NCBI RefSeq assembly: GCF_001194135.2
Contig: NC_068985.1
Coordinates: 69,974,842-70,014,338, forward strand
Length of the DNA stretch: 39,497 nt
Reading direction: 5' to 3'
Source of the DNA: Octopus bimaculoides
Lineage: Eukaryota
Made by a program: the position numbers and the translations under genes. Below are positions 19,528-31,239 of the stretch, piece after piece. Each line of letters opens with the position of its first letter. Within the stretch, counting starts at the first letter, position 1. The notes under the pieces are model-generated. The model was not told the DNA's origin. It did not search any database and saw nothing but the letters and a program-made list of their open reading frames with translations.

Positions 19528-20110
19528 ATGCCACCTAAAAAGAGAGCACGCACTGACAGAAAGTCTTCTGCAGCGGCAAGTCAGCAGCTCTGGCTGGTTA
19601 AGGAAACTGAAGACCATGCTGTTGAAAAGAACTACTGCTGCTAGAGCTGCAACTACTCCAGAGCAGCATGAAACCTATCGAGTGCGTGCTGTTGTTGCAA
19701 GAGCTGCAGGAAACCCACAAAAGTGTGCTGTCTGTCGGGAACGCAACGCTGCATCCACTTCTGACGTGCGGTTGGAGATGGTGATAACCTCAAACGAAGG
19801 TCCACTGGATGTGACTTCAGTCTAATGTTTACCGGAAAGCTCTTGCCCATGGTTATTGGAATCCACCGAGTAGTTGATGAGCGTCAAAAGGCGCTCAACT
19901 ATGATCCTGCCGAAGATTCCGCCACTCATCGAGATACAGGGGACATGTCTGTAATATGTCTATTTTGCAAGGCCCTCTCGAAGATTGGAGAATCCAGTGG
20001 CCTATGCTGTTCAAACGGAAATGTTCGCTTGCTTGACCTGCAAAACACTCCTTAGCTTTTGCTCACTTTACTCCGTGGTCAACACCCTGAAGACAAGATT
20101 CTCTAATTAA
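19528..20110 (+). mobile_element. Helitron RepHel N-terminal fragment, pseudogenised
   Basis: MPPKKRAR start, then ARAATTPEQHE repeats, then ALNYDP..GDMSVICLFCKALSKIGESSGLCCSNGNVRLLDL..P*LLLTLLRG. This matches the Helitron N-terminal C-x2-C...CC..GKV.L zinc-binding region. Confidence 0.85.
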
Positions 20111-20373
20111 CATTCTGTAACCAAAACTCAAACAATACACAGCAATACAAATATAAAAGTATATAGAAAGTAGTAATACACAAATACAACATATAAATAA
20201 ATAATTAATCAAGGTTCAAAATTCAAGGTCAGACCTCTCATCGTCTAGGCTCTATTCTTCATGTCAACAACGCTGAACGCTGATTCCTTCAAATTTACGT
20301 CATGGGAGATGCCAATGAGGAAACGGCTCGCTGAGCTCAGATGGCACCTGGAACAAAGTGAAGAAGATACAAC

Positions 20374-20399
20374 CTACGACACAGCCACTCTTGCGCCTA
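20374..20399 (-). mobile_element. Family-B SINE 5' head remnant
   Basis: Reverse complement TAGGCGCAAGAGTGGCTGTGTCGTAGG resembles the family-B A-box head. Confidence 0.4.
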
Positions 20400-20419
20400 A
20401 AAGGATTAAAGTGTCACCG

Positions 20420-20732
20420 AAATATATATATACATATACATCTATATATCTATATATATCTATATATATNNNNNNNNNNNNNNNNNNNNNNNNNNNNNNN
20501 NNNNNNNNNNNNNNNNNNNNNNNNNNNNNNNNNNNNNNNNNNNNNNNNNNNNNNNNNNNNNNNNNNNNNNNNNNNNNNNNNNNNNNNNNNNNNNNNNNNN
20601 NNNNNNNNNNNNNNNNNNNNNNNNNNNNNNNNNNNNNNNNNNNNNNNNNNNNNNNNNNNNNNNNNNNNNNNNNNNNNNNNNNNNNNNNNNNNNNNNNNNN
20701 NTATATACATATACCTATGTATGTATATGTAA

Positions 20733-20770
<38 letters not shown>

Positions 20771-21384
20771 AAAGAGAAAGTGAGATCAGACATGTTCACA
20801 CACACATAGACACACCCTAAAATCATAGAATAGTGGGCCTCAACGTGATAATATGAAGAAAATAAGAAACATGTTTTGCAGTCAACATTATTTGTTTGAA
20901 TTAGTCTATTGCCACTGCTGGAAACGTCTCGCTTTAAAGGTTACTGCCAAAGCCATGACTGCGCACAAAAATAGCTATAAATAACTCTGTATAAAATTTA
21001 ATTTTTACTGAAAAAGTATAATAAATTATGGAAAAACAACGTCTCTGAATGAGACAACTGAAACAAAAAAGAAAACAAGATATTAAAATAGAGCAGAGAC
21101 AAAAGTGAGTGATATGAAATGATAAATGCATACTTGGATAAAATCTGCAAAATGAAAGGCGAGGGCAAAATTAGACATGTATAATAAGGGCAAAAACAAT
21201 AATATGAACGAGAGAAAAAAACATTACCAACAACATTTGCTACTCTTGTTATGTCCTGACAACAATGACATCGAAACTCCATTAGCTGTGCAATGTGTTC
21301 CGGAATAACATATGACTATATACCTATATATAAATAAATGAGTGTGTGTTTGTGCGCGCGCGTGCGTTTAGATATATGTATGTA

Positions 21385-21421
<37 letters not shown>

Positions 21422-22020
21422 NNNNNNNNNNNNNNNNNNNNNNNNNNNNNNNNNNNNNNNNNNNNNNNNNNNNNNNNNNNNNNNNNNNNNNNNNNNNNNN
21501 NNNNNNNNNNNNNNNNNNNNNNNNNNNNNNNNNNNNNNNNNNNNNNNNNNNNNNNNNNNNNNNNNNNNNNNNNNNNNNNNNNNNNNNNNNNNNNNNNNNN
21601 NNNNNNNNNNNNNNNNNNNNNNNNNNNNNNNNNNNNNNNNNNNNNNNNNNNNNNNNNNNNNNNNNNNNNNNNNNNNNNNNNNNNNNNNNNNNNNNNNNNN
21701 NNNNNNNNNNNNNNNNNNNNNNNNNNNNNNNNNNNNNNNNNNNNNNNNNNNNNNNNNNNNNNNNNNNNNNNNNNNNNNNNNNNNNNNNNNNNNNNNNNNN
21801 NNNNNNNNNNNNNNNNNNNNNNNNNNNNNNNNNNNNNNNNNNNNNNNNNNNNNNNNNNNNNNNNNNNNNNNNNNNNNNNNNNNNNNNNNNNNNNNNNNNN
21901 NNNNNNNNNNNNNNNNNTATATATGTATGTATGTATGAATGTATGTATGTATGTATGTATGTATGTATGCATATGTATACATACAAATATAGAAACACAC
22001 ACACACATATATATATATAG
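20420..22020. repeat. (TA)/(GT)/(GTAT) microsatellites around gaps 20470-20701 and 21422-21917
   Basis: Direct. Unassigned complex sequence lies at 20820-21310. Confidence 0.85.
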
Positions 22021-22139
22021 TTCACACATGACATCCAGATATTTTCTGTATAGAAGACACCAAGTAGTACTGAAAAGATTCGAACTTAGACTCCGATGAC
22101 TTTACAGGAGTAAAGTAAGGTTATAAGAGGTTATAATGG

Positions 22140-22975
22140 TCAGCGGGTACAGAGGCAGTTATAGGGATATACAAATTAAGTATTCAGGAAATTATATATA
22201 TATGTGTGTGTATGTGTGTGTGTGTATACATGGAAAACGAGAGAAAGCAAAAGGGGGAGACTTTCATATGACGAATTTATATGTAGTCTGTATTGATATG
22301 TATAATAGTAAGTCCAACTTACACAGACTACAAACGACAGAGAAAGTTAAAAGGCTAGAAGAAAGCTATTATAAGTCCAATAGCTGTCTCTGCGGGCTCG
22401 GTAATCCATAATAATGTGGGTAGATTTATTTCATCAGAAAGCGCGACCATGTGGATGCATTTAACATAGGTTGAGACGAAATTCCGTCATTGGGGTAGAG
22501 AAGATCTTACATTTCAGATCTTAATACACAGAAGTTCAAGGACAGAATGAGAAATGTGGAGAGTTAAGAGTTTTAGAGCGGGAACGTGAGATTAGTGAAA
22601 CAAGGAATGGTGAGAAGAGGAAAGAAATTTCAAAATGTGTGAAGGGTTAATAATGAGGTTATTAACGAAGAAGTAGTAAAGGAGGATAGTAGGTAGATAA
22701 ATAGGAGATTGAGATAGATAATGTATAAATGGTAGACTATTGTGTTGAGTTTGTTAAATGTTTGGGGTAGAATTGTGGGAAGATTCCTTGAGTCTGATAT
22801 TATCTAGTCGAGGTGTGTTACTGGATAACAAATTAGGTGTGGTAGATTAGGAGATTTTAACAGGTGATTTATTAAAGATTGCGTAGTAGTTATGCTTTGG
22901 TGGCAAGTTAGAGGTTAAGATTTTAAAGAAAATTTTAGGTAGAGATTTACCAGACTCAAAACATCTTCACACGAT
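22140..22975 (-). mobile_element. Penelope-like RT-EN linker fragment with downstream non-coding region
   Basis: Minus strand from about 22950 reads GKSLPKIFFKILTSNLPPKHNYYAIFNKSPVKIS*STTPNL. This matches the PLE motif G..FL.L.D.HFP..H...IFN..TVK.SYS...N. Confidence 0.7.
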
Positions 22976-22984
22976 TCTACATAT

Positions 22985-23900
22985 GTGATCACATATAATA
23001 CTCAATCCAATAATGATACAGATTATACTTCAGGTTGTTCCTCACTAATAACGGGACACTTGAATTTGACCTCCCCAGAAGTAATCTCCAACCGCAGAGC
23101 AGGTAGGATAATTTGCAATTGTCGGTTTTCGCAACTATGCTGTCTTGGAGATTTTTGCTTGTGTAAAAATGTAGTCACAAGTGTCATGTTATTTCACCAC
23201 ACTCACACCAACAAGGGTCTTTATCGGCGACAGTGTTGATTTCAATTGCCGTCATCCTGCATACATGAACTCTTTCTCCAATCCAAATTCTAAATCATCT
23301 ACCTCTTCAGCAACTTATACACACAACCTTAAATCTGAAAATATTCCCTACACCTTAATCTGGTCAATTGTGAGAGGAGTTCTCACATACTACGCAAATA
23401 TAAACTGCGTAAATTATGTTTACGAGAATCGCTAAGCATCCTTCAACAACACAACCATTAACTATTTAATAGATTCTAGGATGTAATACTCTCTTGTATA
23501 CACCGGTTCTACTCATCATTTGCGCATATTATTAAATCTATATAATCCCATAACTATAATTACCCCTACTAGAAATTAACCTTGAGGAACGACAAGGTCA
23601 GCCTAGCAATTTAACATCTCAACTAATTCTAACCTCCTTATTAAACAACTGTTTCTCATTGTTACCTATGCACATTTCTTCTAACCCACAAACCCACTAC
23701 AACCCATCTCCCTCAGTTTTCCCACTAACTACTATCTCACACATTTGGATCCGAACCTGTCCCACAACTCAAGTAACTTCCCTTTATTCAATTCATATAA
23801 CTCTACATAACACTGTACTCCTTCTCCAGTACGAACACACATTCATTATCCTACTAACTACCTCAATCTTTACAATCAACTGATTCCCTTGCCTGCCCAT
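22985..23900 (+). mobile_element. Penelope-like GIY-YIG endonuclease fragment and 3' region
   Basis: CNCRFSQLCCLGDFCLCKNVV (zinc-finger linker), then frameshifted RVFIGDSVDFNCRH..SF..SSTSSATYTHNLKSENIPYTLIWSIV..CVNYVYE. Confidence 0.8.
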
Positions 23901-24044
23901 CCCTCTGTCTTCTCTCGTACCTTTCTACTTACCTTAATGATGTCCCAATGCTACAGATCTAGACATTTTACTTCCCTTTCCTTTTCTCCTCTCGCCTTTC
24001 CCTGTCTCAATCGCTCCTAGTCCCCCCTCTAATACACATTTAAT

Positions 24045-24049
<5 letters not shown>

Positions 24050-24087
<38 letters not shown>

Positions 24088-24220
24088 TACACACACACAC
24101 ACACACANNNNNNNNNNNNNNNNNNNNNNNNNNNNNNNNNNNNNNNNNNNNNNNNNNNNNNNNNNNNNNNNNNNNNNNNNNNNNNNNNNNNNNNNNNATA
24201 TATATATATATATATACACC
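24050..24220. repeat. (CA)n/(TA)n microsatellites around an N gap
   Basis: Direct. Confidence 0.95.
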
Positions 24221-24980
24221 ACACACAGACACATAATCTTGACGAAATAAGAGCGTTCACGGATTTGCATGAAAAAATATGTTAAAAACAGATATAGAAA
24301 TACAAACGGAAACTACACATAGAATGACGCAAAATCCCCCTCCGTTATCCTCCGAAGGAAGGCAGCAATTTCACATCTTTAAAGACAATATGGATCACTT
24401 TGGTGGTGTCAGCGACGAGAAACCGATAGAAAATAGCGAGCAAACAAACAATGGATGAGAACGTGAACATAGAAACGAGAGAGAAAATAATTATACATTA
24501 CACAAACCAAATAATATTCAAGAAAAGAAGAATAGCGAATTGACAATGGACAAAGACGAAAAAAATGCATGACGGAATGTGGACATGCAAACAAAATGAA
24601 ATAATCAGAATAAGGTGTTACGGCTCAGACATGAGATGGAAAATGAGTAACGCCAGGAAGAGTATCCTAAAGGATTGGAAGCAAAAGGAACAACAGAGAG
24701 ACAACGAATTGTGTTGAAAGTGGGAGACAAGAGAAACACGACAGGTCGCCTTAACGATTGGCATGGCAAGAAAATGGAGATGAGCAGTGACAATAAAAGC
24801 AGCACCGACAAACCACTGGTATCATGTGAGACTATCACATTTATGTATTTAAACGTGAGCACTGAGTTACTATATGAATAAAAACAATAAGGATGACGGA
24901 AGTGACGTTAGATATTAACTAACTAATCGTCATACTATTATGACCTTGTTTCCTCTATCTCTCTTCTTTTACACCTCAGT

Positions 24981-25083
24981 TTCTTTTTGATGATAGAACA
25001 GATCACGACATTATTGTATTTGGCAATCACTTACAATGGCATGCACCACCTGCGCATCTGTTCTGGAAACGGCTGTAATAGTC
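24981..25083 (+). ncRNA. Type I hammerhead ribozyme-like motif with long stem II
   Basis: Core TTGATGA at 24987-24993; 10 bp stem II (24994-25003/25056-25065); GAAA at 25066-25069; near-palindromic stem III ACGGCTGT; GUA triplet at 25075-25077; stem I CTTT/ATAG with 3 of 4 pairs. C3 is U. Confidence 0.65.
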
Positions 25084-25403
25084 TATCCGCATACCTTCTT
25101 ACTTCCTTCCTTTTTATGATCTATAAACATGAAACAACTCAAATATGACGTTAAACTTTTAAGATGTCATAATCTAACCTCTAACGAGTCATCTGTCTGT
25201 TTATACTTTGGCTCTGTCATATATGTACCCGCTCGGTTCGGCAGCTTGTCATTCCTTATTTTAGAAGTTCAAGTTTTAGGCGGTAAGTCAAACTAAACAT
25301 TAATTATATTTGCCTCTTTTCTTGCCAAATATCGACATCACAATCTTACGATCAAGCGTACAAGTCCCTAACTACTACCTATACATCTTTTATCGTTAAA
25401 CTG

Positions 25404-25655
25404 TTACTTGTTTCAGTCATCAGACTGCGGCCATGCTGAGGCACTGCCTTGAAGAGTTTTGGTCGAACAAATCAGCGCCAGTAATTTCATTTTTAAAGAT
25501 TTGTACTTATCCTATCTGTCACTGGGGCCGAACCACTCAGTTACGGTGCTGGAAATACATCAACATTGGTTGTCACTGGAAGGCGGAGGACAAGCACATA
25601 CAAATGCACACGCACAGACACACACACACATATACATATGCATATAGATATATCA

Positions 25656-25741
<86 letters not shown>

Positions 25742-25895
25742 GACAGGTTTCAGCGTCCGTCCACCACGTATATTCACAAGGAATTGGTCCACCTGAGATT
25801 ATATTAGAAGTCAACAACCCAGGTTTCCACGTAGTGGAGCTGAACCAGAAACCATGTAATTAGGATGCACACTTTTCACCGTACAGCTACGTGTA
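25404..25895 (-). mobile_element. Full-length family-B tRNA-derived SINE with internal microsatellite
   Basis: The 3' tail matches 8781-8897. An internal (CA)/(ATCT)/(TA) block lies at 25610-25740. The 5' half has a B-box-like TGGTTTCTGGTTCAGCTCCAC and a CORE-like segment on the minus strand. Confidence 0.8.
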
Positions 25896-27264
25896 GTTTT
25901 GGTGAGATGTGGATAGTTAATTATAGATATTATGTAAAAGAGGATCTAATTCTCTTCATATATTCGAGTCTATTCGTTTTAAGATCAAAGATCAATCATA
26001 CTAAAAATCATTAAAGTTCTGCGATATAGAAATTTGCAATAATTTTTCATTTCTATCATTACATGAATAATGTAATTATTACTTAAGCTTACGAATCGGT
26101 TTAATGAAATTGTAATATGCAACAAATTGATGATCCAAATGAGAACTTATAACTATATATGCATCTCTTAAAAATCCTGAGGATTTTTAGGATTAGCAAA
26201 ATGCTTTAGAGTATTCGATTCCGTACCTTTATATTCCTGCGTAGAAATTCCACAGTAACCAAATGGAAATGTGTTTACTTTCGCATGCATAAGGCAAATA
26301 TCAATCAGCTACTGGGGAGCCAATAGCAGTCAATTTGTGGGATTACCACTTAAACTGTAGCTTTCTGACTATATAGGGATATAAGTATTTACACTAAAGT
26401 TTAACGGTTTAGAGCTAGTATCTTTCAGTATGGTCTCAGCACGGAAACTGTATTGAAGGACGATGTACATCTCATGCGAATGTTACGGCTCTTTGGATGT
26501 ACACTTAATCTGCCGTGCAGATTGTCACCAACCACATTGTTCTTACCATCACAGAGCAGAGAAAGATATGTTTAAATATTCTGCCGCTTCCCTTGTCTAA
26601 TAGGAAACCGATACTCGTAGTTTTTCTGCATCTGCCAAAGACATGAGGAGCTACTTTCATGCCCAGAATACTGTATAAAAGCAAACTATTTTAGCTTAAG
26701 TTTGAACCCATCTCATTGACTTTCTTTCAGTCGCCATTTATCATTTCGGTCGTCAGTACATGATAAACAATGATGCTTTATGCGGAGTGCATAGAGGAAT
26801 AAAAATAAGTTTAAGAATCATGAAAGAAATACAACTGCAGTAAATCACAGTGAAATGTTCGCCAAAGCAAGATACCTAACTATTCAATTTGTAGATGAAA
26901 GCAGTGAAATTTATATACTTGCTAACAAGACAGGAAACACTGCAAGGCTGAGAGATAAAGTGAGAGAAATGAGAGACCAAAGCAAAAGGAGAGAAATATG
27001 ATATTTGCTACTGATACGAATGCCGCGAAATATAATGCAAAAGCACTGACCAAAGGAATTATCCATTGATGTGATTAGGGAAGTGAAAAAGATTTTTTTT
27101 TAAACAACAAGAAATACTAGAAACAACAAAAAGAATACTAATGGATACGAAAAGGATATATAGAAAGGAGAAAGAAGAAACAGAAAACAAAACATGAATC
27201 AAAAAGCTCGAAAACACAGCCTGATAACAAAAGTAACTCTCCATGGACTTTGGATGTTTGTAAT

Positions 27265-27272
27265 CATATTGT

Positions 27273-27305
<33 letters not shown>

Positions 27306-27377
27306 GGATGATGATGATGAGGATGATTGTGATGATGATGAATTTTTTTGTTTTCTTTTGTCATATTGTTATTGTTG

Positions 27378-27425
<48 letters not shown>
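27265..27425. repeat. (GAT)n and (ATT)n microsatellites
   Basis: Direct. Confidence 0.95.
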
Positions 27426-27426
<1 letters not shown>

Positions 27427-27679
27427 GACTGTGAAGATGATGGTGTGCATAATGATGTTTCTGTTGTGGTGGAGGCGATAATTGTTATGTGACCCTAATG
27501 TAAATTAGTATCTCTGGAATAGAACTTCTTCATATTTCTAGAATATTTTCGTAGCTTTTGTTTACTTGTTTCTTCATATTACTTTTTGACTTTCTTTTCT
27601 CTCATAGGTTTTATCAAGAGCAACAAAAGAAAAAAAAATCAATCTAATACATACAATAAACATACAAACAAACACCTGC

Positions 27680-27866
27680 ACTTATGTGTGTATATATACA
27701 TATATNNNNNNNNNNATATATATATATATATATCCATATACATATATATTGTATACATCATATACGTATATATGTATTTATTTACGTATATGTATATATA
27801 TGCTTTTGTGCATGTATGTATACATGTGTGTGTATATACACATATACTTATATATATATATATATG

Positions 27867-27897
<31 letters not shown>

Positions 27898-28135
27898 TGT
27901 ATATCTGTATGTATAGATATGTCTATTGTTATCCATGTACGTGTGTGTGTGTGTGTGTTTGTGTGTGTGTACATATGCACAGAAACATGCTGCATCAATG
28001 TATGTATGAACACTCAAGTGTTTGGGATGGCTTTCAGGGTAAGAACGTGTGTGTTTGTGTATGTGTGTGTGTGTGAGTGTGTGTGCGTGCGTGTGTGCGT
28101 GTATGTGTGTGTGTGTGTGAGTGTGTGTAAAAGAG
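27680..28135. repeat. (TA)/(GT) degenerate microsatellite array
   Basis: Direct. Confidence 0.92.
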
Positions 28136-28619
28136 AAAGACAGACAGGGAGACAGAAACAGAGGAAGAAAGAGTAATTGTCTGCAAACGCATGCAGTAAT
28201 GAAAGTAGATTCTTCAGCGATAATTAGGAACCAAAAATAGTTGCTTAAATGGTCTTTTAGTGTTTATGGTAATGTATGTACTTCAGTTGATTTAGCTTTC
28301 TGTCAAGTGGTAGAATTATCTGGATGAATCATTAAGTTGCTAAACCACCACGAAAGCTGAAAGCCAATGGAGGAGGAAGGATTTTTCTCAGCTATAGAAA
28401 TATATTATTCTTTATTCCTTTCAGGTTTTGGTTTTGTCTTGTTTCTCGATATTGTTATTGCTGATACAGTTTTTTTTCTGGCTGCTGCTATGTTTTTCGT
28501 TGTTCAGGCTCATAAAGAATGCCATCATCTTTTCCTTTGCTATCTTTTATGCTAAACGATATTTTCACCAGTTTCATACTTTTCTTATATTGATAAGATT
28601 TGGGTTGCGAAAAATCCTA

Positions 28620-28684
28620 TATGCATATATACATGCTTACATCCATACAAGCATACAAATATACATACAATCATACATACATAC

Positions 28685-28727
<43 letters not shown>

Positions 28728-28748
28728 TATATATATATACACGCATGC

Positions 28749-28779
<31 letters not shown>

Positions 28780-28850
28780 TACATATATACATACATACTT
28801 ATACATATATATGTATGTATGCATGTATATATGTATGCATATGTGCATAG
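28620..28850. repeat. (TA)/(TACA) microsatellite array
   Basis: Direct. Confidence 0.92.
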
Positions 28851-29139
28851 GTGGGTGGGTGTAGGATGGGTGAATGACATACAGTGAGAAATAGATATGG
28901 AGAGGTAGATTCTGACGAGGAACGCATCTTAGTAAATATTTCTAAGGAAAGCAAAATAAAGTAATTCTCAAGAACTATCCAAAAGCGAAAATGTATATGT
29001 ATGTATTGGGTAATAAAGAAAGCTGGAAAACATTTCAAACCCAGATATTCATTTCACAGGATCAACTTTTAAATCATGCATACATATTTATACACATAGA
29101 ATCCACTTATCGTACATGTACATTTGTTTGAGCCCCAAC

Positions 29140-30190
29140 GTCTCTATGCTATATATATGCACACATAGATACATATATAAATATACACACATATAATGTA
29201 TGTGTGTGTGTGTGTGTGTGTGCATATATATTTATATATATATANNNNNNNNNNNNNNNNNNNNNNNNNNNNNNNNNNNNNNNNNNNNNNNNNNNNNNNN
29301 NNNNNNNNNNNNNNNNNNNNNNNNNNNNNNNNNNNNNNNNNNNNNNNNNNNNNNNNNNNNNNNNNNNNNNNNNNNNNNNNNNNNNNNNNNNNNNNNNNNN
29401 NNNNNNNNNNNNNNNNNNNNNNNNNNNNNNNNNNNNNNNNNNNNNNNNNNNNNNNNNNNNNNNNNNNNNNNNNNNNNNNNNNNNNNNNNNNNNNNNNNNN
29501 NNNNNNNNNNNNNNNNNNNNNNNNNNNNNNNNNNNNNNNNNNNNNNNNNNNNNNNNNNNNNNNNNNNNNNNNNNNNNNNNNNNNNNNNNNNNNNNNNNNN
29601 NNNNNNNNNNNNNNNNNNNNNNNNNNNNNNNNNNNNNNNNNNNNNNNNNNNNNNNNNNNNNNNNNNNNNNNNNNNNNNNNNNNNNNNNNNNNNNNNNNNN
29701 NNNNNNNNNNNNNNNNNNNNNNNNNNNNNNNNNNNNNNNNNNNNNNNNNNNNNNNNNNNNNNNNNNNNNNNNNNNNNNNNNNNNNNNNNNNNNNNNNNNN
29801 NNNNNNNNNNNNNNNNNNNNNNNNNNNNNNNNNNNNNNNNNNNNNNNNNNNNNNNNNNNNNNNNNNNNNNNNNNNNNNNNNNNNNNNNNNNNNNNNNNNN
29901 NNNNNNNNNNNNNNNNNNNNNNNNNNNNNNNNNNNNNNNNNNNNNNNNNNNNNNNNNNNNNNNNNNNNNNNNNNNNNNNNNNNNNNNNNNNNNNNNNNNN
30001 NNNNNNNNNNNNNNNNNNNNNNNNNNNNNNNNNNNNNNNNNNNNNNNNNNNNNNNNNNNNNNNNNNNNNNNNNNNNNNNNNNNNNNNNNNNNNNNNNNNN
30101 NNNNNNNNNNNNNNNNNNNNNNNNNNNNNNNNNNNNNNNNNNNNNNNNNNNNNNNNNNNTCTCTCTCTCTTTCTCTCTTTCTCTCGCTCT
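29140..30190. repeat. (TA)/(GT) and (CT) microsatellites flanking the 916-N gap (29245-30160)
   Basis: Direct. Confidence 0.92.
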
Positions 30191-31239
30191 CGATTAAGCC
30201 CCATGCCTCTAGTGGATTGAAGTCTGAAATGCTATGAGACCATGAATTTGAAAGAATACAGTCTTTTCATTTTCTTTTTATTTGACTAAAAATATAACTG
30301 TCAAATTATGGTTCACTCATACAACTACGCACTTGCGAATTCTTCACACTCTGTGCAATTAACCATTTTGCCAAATCTCCTATTTTGGCGATCAATGTAG
30401 ATCACTAATCTTTGTTATCTGCTTTCTTTTTGTGTTCATGCATATACACTCATTTCTCTCTTCTCTCACAAATATTTATTTATGTATGGTATCATGTAAT
30501 CTAGTATAATCTAGTATTTTGGTTAGATCATAGGTGACAGAACGGCCTCACACACTAAGCATGCAGAGGCCGAAGAGTTGGCCAAAACCCAACTGGAGAA
30601 ATACAAGAGCTGTTAATTGGTGGATAAACACAGCATGGGATGGACTGACTTGTATCGGAGATGTTCTGCACACGTGACCATAACTCTGGTGTCGACAGAC
30701 ACGGGAAAACACACTATTATGTGGGGTTTTATAGGTTGGTTAAGACTAAGACGAGACGGAAATTCGAATATAAAACTTCTATTTATTGTTCTCACGATTC
30801 GTCTTGGTCTTTTATCATCGAATGATAGTAGAAGGTGTTAAGAGGGTGGTGTTTAAGCTGTACAGCTACTTTCAATCCTCTCGTAACCAATACTATACAA
30901 CGTTGACAAAAATTATGAGGAATAAAAGGAGAACCTATTTTATCTATACACGTTTCGCAAAGTCATCTGATGATGTTACAATGTGATGTATGTAAACAAG
31001 GCGAGTTGAATGCTTATGATCATCATTTTATTAGATAATTAGCAGGGGATTTAAGTTTAATCGATTTTTTCAACCTTGGCAAAATATAATGGACTCGTCT
31101 GTGGCTGAACAGTCATCTGTTCAATGGACACTTTTAATCCCGCTTGCGGAGAAGAAGCAAAACCTGATACCCAAAACGTTACCCTGACTGACAGTTGTTC
31201 AATTCAATAAACAATCGCATGCAAAACTTAAGCAGAGAA

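Noticed and set aside
26744-26756. CTGACGA-CC-GAAA on the minus strand
   Set aside because: There is no room for stem II and no stem III.
27059-27481. Poly-His and poly-Met ORFs resembling a transcription factor or metal-binding protein
   Set aside because: They derive from (GAT)n and (ATT)n repeats, with no domain and no convincing splice context.
28367-28560. Hydrophobic ORF or possible minus-strand exon
   Set aside because: No recognisable domain, stops in alternative frames and weak splice signals.
28912-28950. CTGACGA...hairpin...GAAA hammerhead-like string
   Set aside because: Nine unpaired nt separate the core from the CTTAG/CTAAG stem, and no stem III, NUH triplet or stem I follows.
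30945-30975. CAGATGA...GAAACGT on the minus strand
   Set aside because: The core is mutated, and neither stem II nor stem I forms.
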